Counted from the stretch's first letter, positions 11,501 to 26,100 are shown. The stretch: 64,000 nucleotides of DNA from Orbicella franksi (GCA_964199315.1 OZ116701.1:3968001-4032000), one strand, 5' to 3'. Translations and numbers: made by a program. The notes: generated from the sequence alone by a model not told the origin.

Positions 11501-12899
11501 CTTAGATTGAAGATTGTTTATTTTTTACGGAAAACGACATTCCAAGGAAGCGGGAGACTGCGCGTGCAACAATTAACATACTATGCAAATTCAAAGCTTT
11601 CTAAAGTTTTCGATTCTATTTTATCTATTTTCCATTTCATTATTACATTTCATATGTGTAAACAGTAGTTTTGACACCTTTTGACCTGTGTACTTGTTTT
11701 ATTTATCTATTTTTCTCTGGGTCCATTTTTTTTGTGCTGTTTGTTATAAAATGTATCGACCATTACTTCAATTTATCATTTCAGCTACCTTGCGTCACAT
11801 ATTTATTCTAGCTGGAATGTTATTTGTTTGTTGTTTGCTTGAATACTGACACCAAAACTTTATTCACATGCAACAAACTGTTGTTTTCTTGAGAAAAAGA
11901 AAATACTCAAACTACACTTTGAAATCTATGTCAGTGAAACATCGCTACATCGAAAACATGACATTTCTCTCAAGGCTTGAGCCCACTTGTGCCCGGACAC
12001 ATGCAAGTACGTATCGAAACCAAACAACGCTCGTAAATATTTTCAGCCACCTGAAAAATTAATTTTGTTTTCTGTGTTCTAAACGTTAATTTTCCATATT
12101 AAATGGTGTAGCAAGACACTAATTTGCCCTAGGCGATGACATTTTTTCATTCACCTCCATGTTTAACACTGTACTTATATCAGTTACACAGAAGAAAAAG
12201 TAGTGCATGTTTATATAGATTTTGGTCAAGCTTCAAACATTGATGACCAAAAAATGATCGTGTTTACCAAAGCGCAATTAGAATTGTCATGCCGATAAAG
12301 TCATAAGCTCTATCAGTCGTTATAAATTAAGTTGCTGTTCGTTCTTGAATGCCTGACAATACTATTTTAAAACACATTTGATTTTGAGCAATTCCTTCTC
12401 TAAATGAATCGCCTTTAAAGTTCATTTGCGGCCTCGTATAAGGAAAGCATTGTTCGCACTGCAAATTATCATTGTATTATTAAACTGGAATTGTTCTCGT
12501 AAGTTGTCGTACATGGTTCTCTGTCTGCAGCATAAGTGGATCACTTCGTTAAATCTTCGTTCGCAAAGCCAAGCCGAGAGTAAGTTGAAATGCTACTTTA
12601 GAATCTTTGTTTTTCACAATGTTTATATCAAAATAAATTTGTAACAATTACTAGTACCACCACCACGTTTTTATTCTGTTAAATTTGAATTCAAAATGTC
12701 AGTAAAAAGCACTTCAATTTTTCATTGCGGAGAATATTCGGCCATTTCAAGTTGTCCTTTAATATAATAAATTGCGATGTTCAACCTTTCACTTCAGTCT
12801 CAAACTCAAAATAGTAATTTTCCCAATTGATTATCACACATTTCTTTTGTTCTTAGTTTGTGAATTTGGTAACATTGCCTTTGTAACATACTTGACAAC

Positions 12900-15310
12900 G
12901 CAACAAGGTACGATGAGGTTATATTTTGATCACTCTTGGACTGAATCCGTTAATGGTAAACGACTAGAGAAACAAGAAAACGACTTATCTGAAGTAAGAT
13001 ATTTCCAGGCCTGGGTCCAAAAGCCAGTACACTGCAATCCAAAATGACTACATATTTCTTTGAAAGGGCATTTAACCTAGAAAGAAAGGAAACATCAACA
13101 AAATAACTGGTTAATATTGATTGTATCACTTAACACTTACTGTTTTCACAATGTTCTTACGAAAGTTATAATAATTAACACCAGCATGTTGTTTTATTCT
13201 GTTAACTTTGATTCCATTATGTCACTGGACAAGTCTCCAATCCTCAAGTAAAATTCCTCTTACTAGTTACAATATATCCTGATTCTAATATTTTCTCTCT
13301 AACTGAGATACTTATAACAAGGGTCAGGAAGGCATTTATATGGTCAGACTCTGATCACTCTTTGGACTGAAACCGTTCAATGGTAAACAGAGAAGAAAAC
13401 GACTTACCTGAAAAAAAGGTGTTTTCAATGGCTGTCAACTTGACCCAGGCTTCGAGACCTTACACACTTTGATCCAGCATGGCTACACTTTCTACTGAAA
13501 CGATGCTTGCATTCAACCTGGTGATAAAAAGAGCAAAAAACGACAAATGAAATTACTTTTCAACGATTATCGGATCTCCAGTTGTGTTAATTTCGAATAT
13601 TTGCCCGTAAATACACATTTACAGTGCTTTTCTAAAGCATTACTTTATTGAAATTGATGAACAAATCTCTCGCAATCGTGTTACTTTTAAGAATTCGTTC
13701 GGAAGTCAGAACAATTCCTCGTTGCCCAACCGGTATCTAAGAGTTTATGGGTTCGAATCCCGTCACGGACTGAGATGTTCAATTCTTTGTCCCAAGCTCA
13801 CCACAGGATCAAAATTTCATCTTTCACTAAACAAATTCGAGACGTGTTTATAAATTTAATAACAGACAATTCTGCAGTGACTTCTTAAAGCAGGTATCAA
13901 TACTGTATGGTAAAACTATTTAAGAAAACACTAAATTTTTTTTGGCCGGCAAATCTCAAACAAACTTCCTGGTTCTGCCGAGGACATTAAAATAGTTAAA
14001 GATTTTCTCTGCAAGATACTTTGAAATGTATTGACATGGAAGGAGATTTTATTAACTTTGGACTGAAACCGAAAACAAAGGAAAATTTGAGGTGCCGGAC
14101 TTATTGTAGAGAAAAAGCGTTTCCAGCCATTAGCAAGCAGTGAACTACTGATTGAAACCACTGAGTCCAAGAGCTAACGAAGTTGCTTTTCTTGCATTGG
14201 CAAATTTTCAGTCTTTCGTTTCATAAATTTTCCAGAAACCAAGTGAAGCAAGTTGCAGATAAATTTCTAACACCGCCAAAAAATATTTTATGAACGTTAC
14301 TGCTTAGCTTTGGTGGTACATTTAGACAACATTTCTCAGTTAATGAATAGAAAACTGCGAAGATAATATCTGGTCTATCTGAACCAAGATGTTTGCAATA
14401 CTTACTTTGTACCAAAGAACATTAGAGCCACGCATTGTCGTACAAAATGGATTTGTTTTCTCTCAGCATATCTTTTACAAAACCTGCATGAAAAAGAAAA
14501 GAGGAAGCTTTGATATACTGACTTTTAAAAATTGCGTTAGGCTTAGGAATTTGGTCAAAACAATGCAGAGCTAGCGGTTCACAGAGACATTTAAAGCATA
14601 AATGCTATTCAGGCAGCGTTTGAACGCACAGAGCAGTATAAAATTATTATTATTTTTTTTGCTACATGAAGACAGTTTATTTGGTTATTTCCCTCAGGAT
14701 GTACTCAACATGATAAAAGAAAATCAATTATTTTCTTTCTTGGACTGATACTGTAAATGGTAGAAGACAGAAGAGTTAAGAAAATGACAACGAGCTTATC
14801 TGACTATAAAATCTTTCAGATGTCGTCTGCTTGCATCGAAGCGAAGGGTAAAACACTACAATCCAAAATGGCTGCATTTTCTTTCAATGCACGTGCACTC
14901 TGTGTTCAACCTTGGAAAAAAGAGAGCAAATGTTAATAAATAAAGTAAATCTCCTTTTATTCAATAGAACAGTCTTGTAGTTGTACAATCATGATGTCGC
15001 TATTTTCAGGCATATTACATTGTATTCGCTAGCCTGAAATCAAGAGACTAGAGAAATGCATTTTATAGTGGTGGCTGGCTTTCTTTTCGCTTAGAGAATT
15101 TACTGAGAACAAACGTGTTAGGTCTGGGATTCTGGTGGTATATTGTATTTCGATCAATCTTGCTCTGAATTAAATCGTTTACCAGGAAAACGACGAACAA
15201 ATGACAAAACTACGATGTACTTATCTGAAATCAGTCATTTCCTGTGGTCAACTACCAGGTTGCGCTAGAGCCCAAGAACTACAATCTGCAATCCAAAAAG
15301 GCTTCTGTTA
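12900..15310. repeat. Four dispersed degenerate ~200-bp direct repeats (~12900-13100, 13315-13550, 14730-14935, 15140-15310)
   Basis: Shared ordered motifs: GATCACTCTTGGACTGAA, AATGGTAAAC, ACTTATCTGA, CAATCCAAAATG(G/A)CT and AACCTGG..AAAAGAGCAAA. Confidence 0.7.
13725..13830 (+). mobile_element. tRNA-derived SINE fragment
   Basis: Pol III B-box GGTTCGAATCCC near 13750 with no intact cloverleaf. Confidence 0.55.
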
Positions 15311-18015
15311 CATTTTAATATAAATTACCATACACTAGAACAAAAAAATCATAAAATTGTAGCAAGGGTCAAACTGAGCCATAGCAATCAATTTATCGTG
15401 ATAGCTATCTTAGTCAGAATTTTTAAATCAGACTTTATAACAAGGTCAGATCATACTTGTAAAATAAAGATAAAAACCTAGAATTTGCCTGAAATTGGAG
15501 TTGATCGCAATATGAAGAGACTGATGAGGAAAGAACGGAGCTTCAAAGCTGAACACGGCTGCTCATAATGGTTACATTTCCTTTGGGTTCCCCTCTGTTC
15601 GTCTAATGCCAGAAGGAGAGAGGAAACTGTCAAAAATATATCACCTTTGAGTTTGAGGTGTTATCAGTCGGTCAATCAGTTTGGTAGTTAGAAACCGGCC
15701 ATATAACATCGGACAATATCGCCTGCATTAGCAAATTTCTTAATGTTCTCTTAGGATTATTTTCTCGCCAGAATTCAACGCACGTTTCAGTTGCTCAAAA
15801 TTGGTTCCATTCGTCAAGTAATTTCTGATTTCACGAAAATGTGAGCAATTATGAAAACATGACGATAAATGAACAAAAGCCACAATGCAATTATAACTCA
15901 AATCTGCCTTTACGTCTGAAATTCTAACCAAATATTTTGATATTACTTACCCGAAAATGTATCAGAAATCAATCGTGTGGCAAAGGACGGTACAAGGATG
16001 GCTGTGTAGCATCTCAACAAAGTCGCTCTCAAAGTAAAACCGACTAAATTAAACTCCAATTAAAACATTCACGAGCAGTAAGTTCAGCAATTGTATGGAA
16101 ACAAACTGTTCCTGCATGAGAAAAGAATTTAAATTCTCAGGGAATATTATTGACGTAACTTTAAAACTGTTGACATTAAGTCAGTCAGATCTTCATACCC
16201 TTTGCAACTCAGAGCATCGGAGCAATGGACAAAAAACCGGGTCTAAAACACAAGTCACATTCCACACGTCAAGAGTAGAAATCCTTACTCTACTGATGAA
16301 TAACTATGCCAAAAGTTCCCCCTCGATCTAAAACAACATTTTCGCAGAGTGCTAGGGCTAATTAGGGTTAGGAGACTGAATTTTGGTGCTGTTTAGTTAT
16401 CTGTAGCACAGTGACTCTGTACTCTGACCTGTGGAATGTGACCGGTAGTTCAGACCCGCCGTGGACAACATTAAACAGGTACAAATACGACGAACAAGAG
16501 AGCTAGTATTTCTGAAATGTGGTATTCAGTAAGAAACTTTCAAACCTGCTATTCCGATGTATTTGTCTAAACGAACTTGGTAATTCTTTATTCCGAAAGT
16601 TTCACACCCTCCCAGTATTCAACAATTTCTTCACTGTGTGGACGTAAAAAATTGCTTAACGAACTGGTTATACTAAACCACTAAACTGCGGAAAAGGGCA
16701 AGCGTAGCGAAACGAGGCGAAAAGCGAACAAGGTCATGAAATGAAAAAACCAAAGCGTATACTTATCTGCGAAGGGGAGCACATCGACGAAGATACTGGT
16801 TCACCTTCACAACACACGACGCTTTCTGACGCTAAAATGAACGGAATGTCCTTTGAGACTTCCTTACATACACGATTAAAATTCATTCCACCCACTAGAA
16901 AAGTGTTTGCCGCATCAGAATATTTCATTGAGATTTCTGTGCGTCAAACAATAGAGCAGACAATGATAGTCAATAAAAAAATATCGAATAAAGCACGCAC
17001 TCAGTAGCCAGTTATTTTCTTCTAAAAAAGTACAGGTATTTCAAATGAAATTCGTTGAATAGTTTTCAAGAAGTTGACTCTTGAAGTCCTTTGTGATATC
17101 ACTTAAAACCCCAAGGAAAGACTGAATATGTGTCTTCGGGAGCTTTAAATTCATCGCCGCGTTTTAAATGCACAACGTGTCTTATTCTCAGTTGTGTTGG
17201 CATTTTACAGAGCCAAGCCCTGAAAACTAAAGGTGTCAGGTGTTTACCATGATAGGCACGGAAGGCGTGCTCGGACTATTCGGTGACAACACTGGGACTG
17301 TAAAATTGTGTAAAAGCAAAAAATATAAACATATCAAAAATAATTCTGATAAATGTATTTAACATCAATTCTGTCTTGAATTCCAAACATGATTTGTTAC
17401 CCACAATGCAAGGTTTTGAGTTAGGGACAAAACTAGAGGTCCGGAACAATGCTTTTCTCTGACTTTCCCTTGATAAAAATGAAATTTCTCTAACCAAATA
17501 AACAGCAGACATAACTAGTAACGGTTTCTAGCCTGCCCTCAGGGGCAGCCCTCCTTTCCACCCATTCATTATGACTGACAAGTTTTTAACAAATCCTTTT
17601 TCATAGGGAAAATGTCTTTTTCCTGACCATTTCCTGACCTTTAGCAGGGTGTCTAAAAAAACTCGAATAGCGAATGGTGGTGAACAGTCACGGATAGTGG
17701 CGAATAGTCGTCAATAGTCACCGCTTTAGTTCAGCACTGGTCTGGGTTCGTTGAAACTGATCACGTGAAAAAACAAACAAACAAAAGAAACAGTAAAATA
17801 GTGCTCTGTGATTAGTTTATCAACTGAAAAGACACAAACGACCTGCTCTGATAACCGGTTATAAAAATAATAACATCTAAGCTACATCTTGCGTTAATTA
17901 ATTATCCAAACAAGCATGAGAATTTCAGTGAATTTATTACCTCTTCTTCTCAGGACTTAGGCTAGGGCTGACACCAAGAAAACAGAAAACACAAGGATAA
18001 CCTAATAGGTCTCTG

Positions 18016-18610
18016 TGAAGGTGGATGAAGGTGTATGAAGGCCTATAAAGGTGGATGAAGGTGAATGAAGGTCTATCAAGGTGGATGAAGGTCTATGAAG
18101 GAGGATGAAGGTAAATGAAGGTAAATGACGGTCAATGAAGGTCTATGAAGATGGATGAAGGTGTATGAAGGTGAATGAAGGTGTATGAAGGTGTGCGAAG
18201 GTCTATGAAGGTGTATGAAGGTGACTGAAGGTGAATGAAGGTGAATGAAGGTGAATGAAGGTGAATGAAGGTGTATGAAGGTGAATGACGGTGAATGAAG
18301 GTGGATGACGGTGAATGAAGGTGTATCAAGGTGTACGAAGTTCTAGGAAGGTGCATGAAGGTGGTGAAGGTGAATGAGGGTGTATGAAGGTGTATGAGGG
18401 TGGATGAAGGTGGATGAAGGTGTACGAAGGTGTATGAAGGTGAATTAAGGTGGATGAAGGTGGATGAAGGCGAATTAAGGTGCATGTAAGGTGTATGAAG
18501 GTGAATTAAAGTGTATGAAGGTCGATAAAGGTGTACGAATGTGAATGAAGATCTATGAACGTGTATATCAGTGAATGAAGGTGTATGGACGAACATGAAA
18601 GGTGGTGAAA
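18016..18610. repeat. 10-bp minisatellite (TGAAGGTG[A/T/G]A)n, ~60 variant copies
   Basis: Direct reading of GAAGGTGAAT, GAAGGTGTAT and GAAGGTGGAT units. Confidence 0.97.
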
Positions 18611-18611
18611 G

Positions 18612-19031
18612 TATAGGAGAATCTTTGTTTACAATATTTGCCTCATTACCATAAGCGATACAGTTTCTGATGGAGCTACAAAGAGATTAATACTGAATAT
18701 TGAAAGGGCACAGCACGATTAACTGTCCCAAGGAATTTGAGCGCGATGTATTGAATACTTTTTGTGCGACGAGGGTTTAAAAGCTCAAAATTTTACAAAG
18801 AATGTATGAGCTCATTAGCGCTTTTGCCACACAGAAATTTTGATGTTTTTGAAACCCAATTTCTCCTCGAATATTACACCCAAAGAACCAAAAATTTCAC
18901 CACTTACTAAGTTTCACAAGCTCTTTAAGTTTTTCTAGTAAAATCGTGTCTAGCATGATGCCTTCTATGCGCAAAGTCGTATGTTAATGAGGAAAAATGT
19001 AAACAATGACGTCAGCAAAGATTCGCCTATA
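18612..19031. mobile_element. ~420-bp MITE, possible TA target site
   Basis: TATAGGAGAATCTTTG at the left end, CAAAGATTCGCCTATA at the right end. Subterminal TGTTTACA..TTT.CCTCATTA is also inverted. Confidence 0.65.
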
Positions 19032-20150
19032 TGATGTAAGCAATTATGTCAGCATATACAGGTTTGGTCAGCGGTTTATTATCAAAAGGCTCGGAGCCAT
19101 TCCTGCCATTAACTTCATGTGATCCGTATTTTGTCTCTCATTAGCTGTTATTAATTACTTTCGCGCGAAATGTTTTCGCGTCGAATCAGATTTCTCCCTC
19201 TCGCAAGAAGGAATGAGTGAGAGTGATAACATAACAATAAATGATTTTTTCTTTACTTTTTTAACTTCGTTCTTTTATTCAGTGGAATTAGATTCATTAT
19301 TTTGAGCTCAAAATTTACAAAAGTTAAATTACGTCAAATTTTTGCTTTCTGTTCTTAGTTAAAACTGAGCCATAACGCACATGAACGTCAATAGGCTACA
19401 CAACTGATTGACAGTTATTGATTCACTCATTTATTGTAAAGGTTTATTTAATAATTGTCGCCTAAAGGAATCATTTTACAGTGTACGTTCTCAATATATC
19501 TTATCCGTCATTGGAAATTAATTAAATATTTTTCATTTAAAGAAATCATCTCGGTTCCTTCCATGTAGTAACTCCATCGTAGAAGATATATCTAGAGTAA
19601 GCTGTTCCAACAACCACTACATTGCATTCAAAGAAAATTGAATACACTGTTAGACTCAAAAGTAACAAAAAAATGGACTGTAATGAGTACGTTAAGCTGG
19701 AAAACAAAGGTTTGTGCAACATCGACTCTAACAGGTAAATGAAATAATGATAGCTTATTACTACATTCTTTTATTCTGATTTTCTTTTGTAAAAGAGCAA
19801 AGGACACTTAACTTGTTCCATAAACTGGAAGAGTCGTATCATGTGGATTTATATTAACCACTAGCTTAGTTATCAAATATATTTCAATGTCTCTTGAAGG
19901 TGAAGTTTTCTTTCAGTTTAAATCCAGACTAAACGAGATTTCAGCTAGATTATGAACTGTTGCCAGCTCTCTTCTCTTACAGTCGACAATTTCGCACGCG
20001 CTATCTTCTCCACCCTGTACGTGCGAGAAACTTAACTCGCTCCAAGAACTGTTCCACTTTGGTTTCAGTGACGCCTGTGTAAGGCATTGTTTTTACTCCA
20101 TCTGAGAATCATCAGCCTTTTGTCCAGTGATAACGTTGTGTGCCGAGCAC

Positions 20151-23100
20151 TCACAGCTTGGACAGATGCGAGGAGAACAGCGACGAATTGGACGGCAAGT
20201 CAAGAAATTCTCCTGAGGAAGATTAAACAAGAACATCATTTTAGTTTGACAAGACTATAGGTTTATTATTATCATCACTTCAAATTCTTTATCGAATTCA
20301 CTTTGTTTTGCAAGGACAGCATTCAAGAAAATTAATTTGTTGCTCACCTATTTTCTGGCAGGTTTCAACAGCCTTCGCGCCGCTTGGAACTGAGATTAAA
20401 ACAGCGCCATCAACACTACGAAAGATCACAGTTAAAACCGTTTAGACTGTAACATTTTAACGTAAATAAAGCTTGGAGCTTGGCACGATCAGACATAGTG
20501 GAAATTAAGTAACCACGATGGCGACGCCAAAGACAACGTCGATAAAAACCTGACTTAAAATTTTACTTACAAGTCAAAGCGATATTCTATAGTCATTCAT
20601 AACTTTGTTTATCACTGTTTTTGTTCATGTCGAAACTGAATCTGAAACACAAGTTATATTAGTCGTTGTGGTTCACATTCTCCAGACAACGCAGAATTTG
20701 GTCATTTCACGTTGTTATTTTGCAAAGGACGGCAAAGAAATGCACCAAGAATTATAACGCACGTGCACAGCCTCTGTACTGCTCAAAAACCCTTTTGTTC
20801 AACGACGTTCCCATGCCGTTACCGTTGTGGTTCATTTAAACTCCTTGTTGATGAACAAGAGCCGAGAAATTTAGTATGCACCGGGAACCGCGCGGTTTTA
20901 CCTTTTAGATGCTTTGAGGACTCGCAATTCGACCAAAGCCATAACAGAATTCCTTAACAAGTCGAGTGAGAGGACTTCATAGAACTTGACATCTCCTGAA
21001 GAAAACAACATGCACACAAACTGTTTTAAACAGTGACAGAAAACCAGTAAAAAGTGCATTTTGATTGTGATAATATATAGTAAGAATAAAAGCGATAGTT
21101 TCTTTCTGTGGTTCAATTTTGTAGAACATCACTTGACAGATGGCGAGAGCTAATTTAAACAGATTATAGATTGAAAATTATAGATGACAGATAGATTATT
21201 ACATGTGAATAGAACTACCCATTTTATCTTGTTTTCATTTACGCCGGCTAAAAACAAGATAATGATGCTATAGTGGAGGAGAGGGGGTTAGGGGAGTGCG
21301 ATGAGAGAATAGACAAAGTATGACCATAAAGTAATTTTTTTTAATTTGGCAGATTGGTCATCACATTCCTTCGGTTCATAGAACACATTTTCTAACCCCG
21401 AGGATATGTTCCCAAACATTGTGCCTACGGTTGTCTCGAGGGTGTTAGTGAGCCTCGCTTACCAGTAAGGACAAGTTCTGCTGCACTGTCCTGAGTTTGC
21501 CTTACAATCTCAGTCAGCGGTCTTTCGTGGTTACCATCAGGATAATTGACAAAGAACTGGGACGTAATCTAAAAAAAGCAAATTAAAAAGCCTTCAAAAC
21601 TACTCAACATAATTAATAGGGAGTTTTAAGTAATGACGACGGCGACCCCGAGGACAACGCCGAGTAAAAAATGAATTTATATTTTACCTTCGAATTTCGC
21701 AATTGTCTAGATCTGTTCAGTGCGCCTATCAGTCTCAGAACTTGCTCAAGCTAAATATGTAACACCAGCGTTCAATTGCAAATGAAAATAACGCACGTGC
21801 ACAGCCATTACTCTACTCATTGGTGACGCTCTCGTTGTGGTTTGCTGAAGTGCTCTATCACTTTGAGTAAACAAATTGTGGGGAATGAAATAACATAGTT
21901 TTGTCACGTGTATTTGGTCGGACAGCTCCATATGAACTGAGAAGTCTCTCTTATGTTACTCACCCAGTATGCTGTCAAAATTGGTCTCCACATGTTAGCG
22001 CTAAAGCTCACATCTTTGTCCTGAAGTATCGCAACTTTGCCATTGCGAACACTTATCGAGCCGTGCTCCTCTAGTAACTGAGTTGTCTCCCGAAAGTATT
22101 CAAAAGTCTGAAAAAAAGAAGAAAAACGAAAAAAGGCTTGAGTTATTGGCAAGCTGGAGTAGAGGCGTTCGAGCTCTTGCCAAATACCAAAGCATCGTCG
22201 GTCGTAACGAGTGATACTTTTTCAAAATTAAATTTTCCGTTGTACAAAGTGATTTTGTACTCAGCCTTTATATTCCTTAAGCATAATATGCGGGCTGTTG
22301 ACAAGACAGCTTCTCTCAATCTTGTCTCGCAATGCATGTGGTGCAGTCCTGTGTCAATGTGGGAACATTTCTCAGGACTGTTTCACGGAAACGCTACAGT
22401 GTTCATCAAGTTTTATAAAGCAAGTTGCACGAGATTGCATAGTGTGGCATGAATTAAGTAAATTGTGATGATAACCTCATTAGTTCTTTCCGTGACTTGA
22501 GGAACTTCTTTCACCAGCAGCTTGGCCAGGAACTGAAAGTCAGCGAACAATTGAACTAACGAGGAGAGGAAGAAAACAAAGTCAACAACGATGTTGCTTT
22601 TGGGCCTCGTCCACGCTACGCCGGAAAGATTTGATAACGGTGTTTTCACTCTGAAAACGCATCAAATCTTTTCACATGTCCACATAACGCCGGGGAATTT
22701 AAAAACGCAACAATCACCCGTCATTTTGGATTTGTGTTTGAGGAAAACTCGGGCAGGGAAATTTAATTAATCACATGATTATTGTGACGTTATCGCTTTC
22801 GATAAGCTCCGTTCTTCAAATCTTTTCCGTCCACACTAAACCGCAAAGCAAGCGTTTTCAAATCCCTCCGGCTTGAAGAGCGTTTTTTTCCAAAGCTCCA
22901 TTCACGTGACGGATTAGTGTGGACGGTAGACCCAAACGTAGAAATAAAGCTGCGTTTTCAAATTTCTCCGGCCTGGTGTAGACGGGGCCTCGGAATTCAA
23001 CAGTACTAACGTATATAGGACAGAAAATTGTCAACAAACCCAAATGTTTTTCGGAAGAAGGTTGCTTGTGTGCTGCTAGGGAAAACATTCCAATTCTGAA

Positions 23101-26100
23101 GAAATCATACAAGATGACATTCCTCTTGCACGCTAATAGCATTTGCATAGCAGCCTCGTCTTTGATGTTCGTGGCAGAATGGTTGAGATGTGTGCTGTTG
23201 TTTGCAGCTTTTCCAGGGGCCGTTTGCTCCCTATTTTCGCTCGCTTTATTGCCTCTGATCTTTACAAGTCCGTTTTCTGTTTTTTCCAAAGACGACTTCA
23301 GGAAATTAATGCTTTCACTGACAAGGGCCACATTATTTGAATCTCCTGGAGGTAGAAATTCAGTAGGAAAAAAAATTAGCACAAGAAATGTTACATCCAA
23401 CCACTAACTCGTGTTTCCGAGAAGTAAAAAAATGTTTCAACGACTTCTTTGTTTCTAATGTTCTCTCTTTGAACAGTACTCTCTTGTTTTCACCTTCCCA
23501 GAATACCAAAACGCATTTTTGGTCTTACCAGAGGGATAAGATCAACGAGGGTCAAACAGAACGATCTCGAAAGCGATAATATGTCCAAGGATTACTCTGT
23601 TGATCTCGGGACAGAAATGAAGTTCAGAACGGATCAAACTAAATAAAATACATACGCTTAGTATTTGTAAAAAGTAAGTTACTTCTCTCACGTTATTTCC
23701 TCCAAGACTTAATGTAAGTTGTTTCTCGTGACTCAGTAAGCCTACAATTCTGGACTGTTGGACCAGACTGTTGTCTATTTTCTCAGACCGTCACCGAGTG
23801 CGACACAAAACAAACTTGCAAGGGAAAAAAATGGCCACCCATTCTCTCTTTCGTCTCGCACCCGACGGACTATGAGAAAAGAAGGAGCTGCTTGTTGTGT
23901 AGGAAGTTACACCACAGGAGAGAAACAGAAGAAGGTAGAAGAAGAAGGTAGAAGTAAAATACAAACCTGCAGATTTGATTGGTATACTCCACATGTGACA
24001 CAGTTCTTTTAGCCACGTGAATTTTTCTACCAGTTCATCTGCAAAGTTTTGCAACAACAAGAAAACAACAGGTATTCCAATCGCGTTCCCAGAGCCAGCC
24101 AGAAAATGTTCCGGTTTGATCGTGCGCATGCGTTCAAGTTCAATAATGGTTCTTGAACATGCGCAGCGAGGGTAACTGCTGTAACTAATCCTGGCTCCCT
24201 TAACGACTTTTCCCGGAGGTTTCGATTTCTTGGTGCTATAACCAAAAGGATTACGTTCTCTGGGAACGATATTGCAGGCATTCAGGAACACTCCATGAAC
24301 CAGTCACTTAAGTAATTTAAATCAATTAATATGTTACATTGTAACATTAAATTCAATTAATTTGTTACACTGGCCATTGACTAACAGTGGGATGCCTGAT
24401 AGAGCGTTTTCACAAGGTGGTCATGTTGGTGTTCCCAAACAAATATGAAACTTTTCTCCTTTGAAAAACGAGCTCAATCAATGCAAAGTTTCTTATTGTT
24501 TCCACAGAAATTTTTAATTTGTTACTACACTAGCACCCTCATTCCAACCAAACATACCAAAATGGAGTCCTTGTAAGTTCTGTAGCATTATTGAGGCCAC
24601 AAGAACACTAGAAGAGCTGATCATGCCTGCTTGAAGATCGCAGAGGACTTTGTAACCAAGGGATTTGACAACCTTTTTCTCTTCATCAGACAAAAAATGA
24701 AACAAATGTCTGAAAAAGAAACAAAAAGAAGAGCTTAATTAGAACATGACATTGGTGAAACTTGGAAACAGTCATGAATCTGCATTACAAACAAGGCTAT
24801 TATTTGAACTTAACTAGACGATATACCTAGAGGCAGCGTGGCTGAGTGATTTAGGGTGCTAGTCTTGTAATCTGGAGGACCCAATTTCAAGCCCTTCCCC
24901 CTTAGCACTAACTGGCTTGGTTCTTAGTGGTTCTGAATTCACTCTTCATTAATGTGCTTTGTAAATAGCCAACTGGTCTGCATCCTTCCAGTTGGGAATA
25001 ATTTATAATTATTTATTGGAGGTCAAGGGGGTATTGATTTAACCTGCTTTCTCAGCACAGTCATGCACCTGAACATTAATTTGAAACAGAACAACTTGCT
25101 GTTTGAGATCATGACAAATGAGTGTCAGAAGATAGCTTCAAATATACTAACAGCATAAACTGCAATTATAAATCAACAGAGGAGCGTTTAAATTATCTGT
25201 GACAAGAAAAAAGTGCAATGCTGCTTCTTTAAATTAACCTTGGTATAGATGCATTGTGCGCTCTGTTGAGCTTTCCTTCTGTGAATCTGCTCAGAGGTAT
25301 GAGCTCTCCAATATGAACGTGGATACTTCCATAGTCCTCCGTCAGCACAGACCTGCTTTTGATCAAACCCTATAAAGAAAAACAATTAAATCAAACACAC
25401 TCAAGACCAGTAAGAATTTTAATGTGACAACAAGGGATGTCACTAATGACTAAGAATTTTAATGGCAAGGCTGTCACTAAGGGCCGAGGGATAGCGTCTG
25501 GGGCGATTTCCTCACATTGAAACAAAAGCTAGCCATTTAGCACTGAAAAAAATACACATCTAGACAAGAAAAATATGGAACATTGCAAGGATATCCCACA
25601 AAAAGGGACAGAAACAACCTCTCTTAAGGACAAGCCTCATAAAAATGACATCTTATCTTGCATGGGTTGAACTCACTTAGAACTATTACATTTCAGGGAA
25701 ACACACTGGGCTACATTAATCTCTGTACTCACTCTTAGAGATTCCTTTGGTTTGGGTATTCCCAACAGCTCATATGCATAGAGTGATTCTTCTGGTATTC
25801 TGTCATAACTAAAAGTGATTGGACAGATCAGGATGTCCGGCACCCGAGCGTTGGTGTACATGTCAAGAACCATGGAAAGGACACCTAATAAACAAAATTT
25901 CCAAAGTCAATTGGTGATTCACTGTGAAAATTTACAGTGAGGACAAAACTGGACAGTCATTGTCTTATTCAAATTTCACTTAAGCTTGAGCAGTCTGATC
26001 AATATGACTTTGTATAATATATAGATTTAGGCCAGCCTAAAAGCATAGCTCCTGGGCCGGGTTGTTCAGAGCCAAATTAAGCTAGCCCAGGAAAAGGTAC

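Noticed and set aside
13725-13830. tRNA gene
   Set aside because: Only a B-box/T-arm-like motif is present, with no acceptor stem or cloverleaf. It was treated as a SINE fragment.
18132-18596. 154-aa His/Pro/Ser/Thr-rich ORF
   Set aside because: It is the translation of the 10-bp minisatellite.
23040-23345. Hydrophilic insert in GNPAT exon 8 as a novel domain
   Set aside because: It is a low-complexity linker in a region that is variable among GNPATs. Total length (681 aa) is normal for the family.
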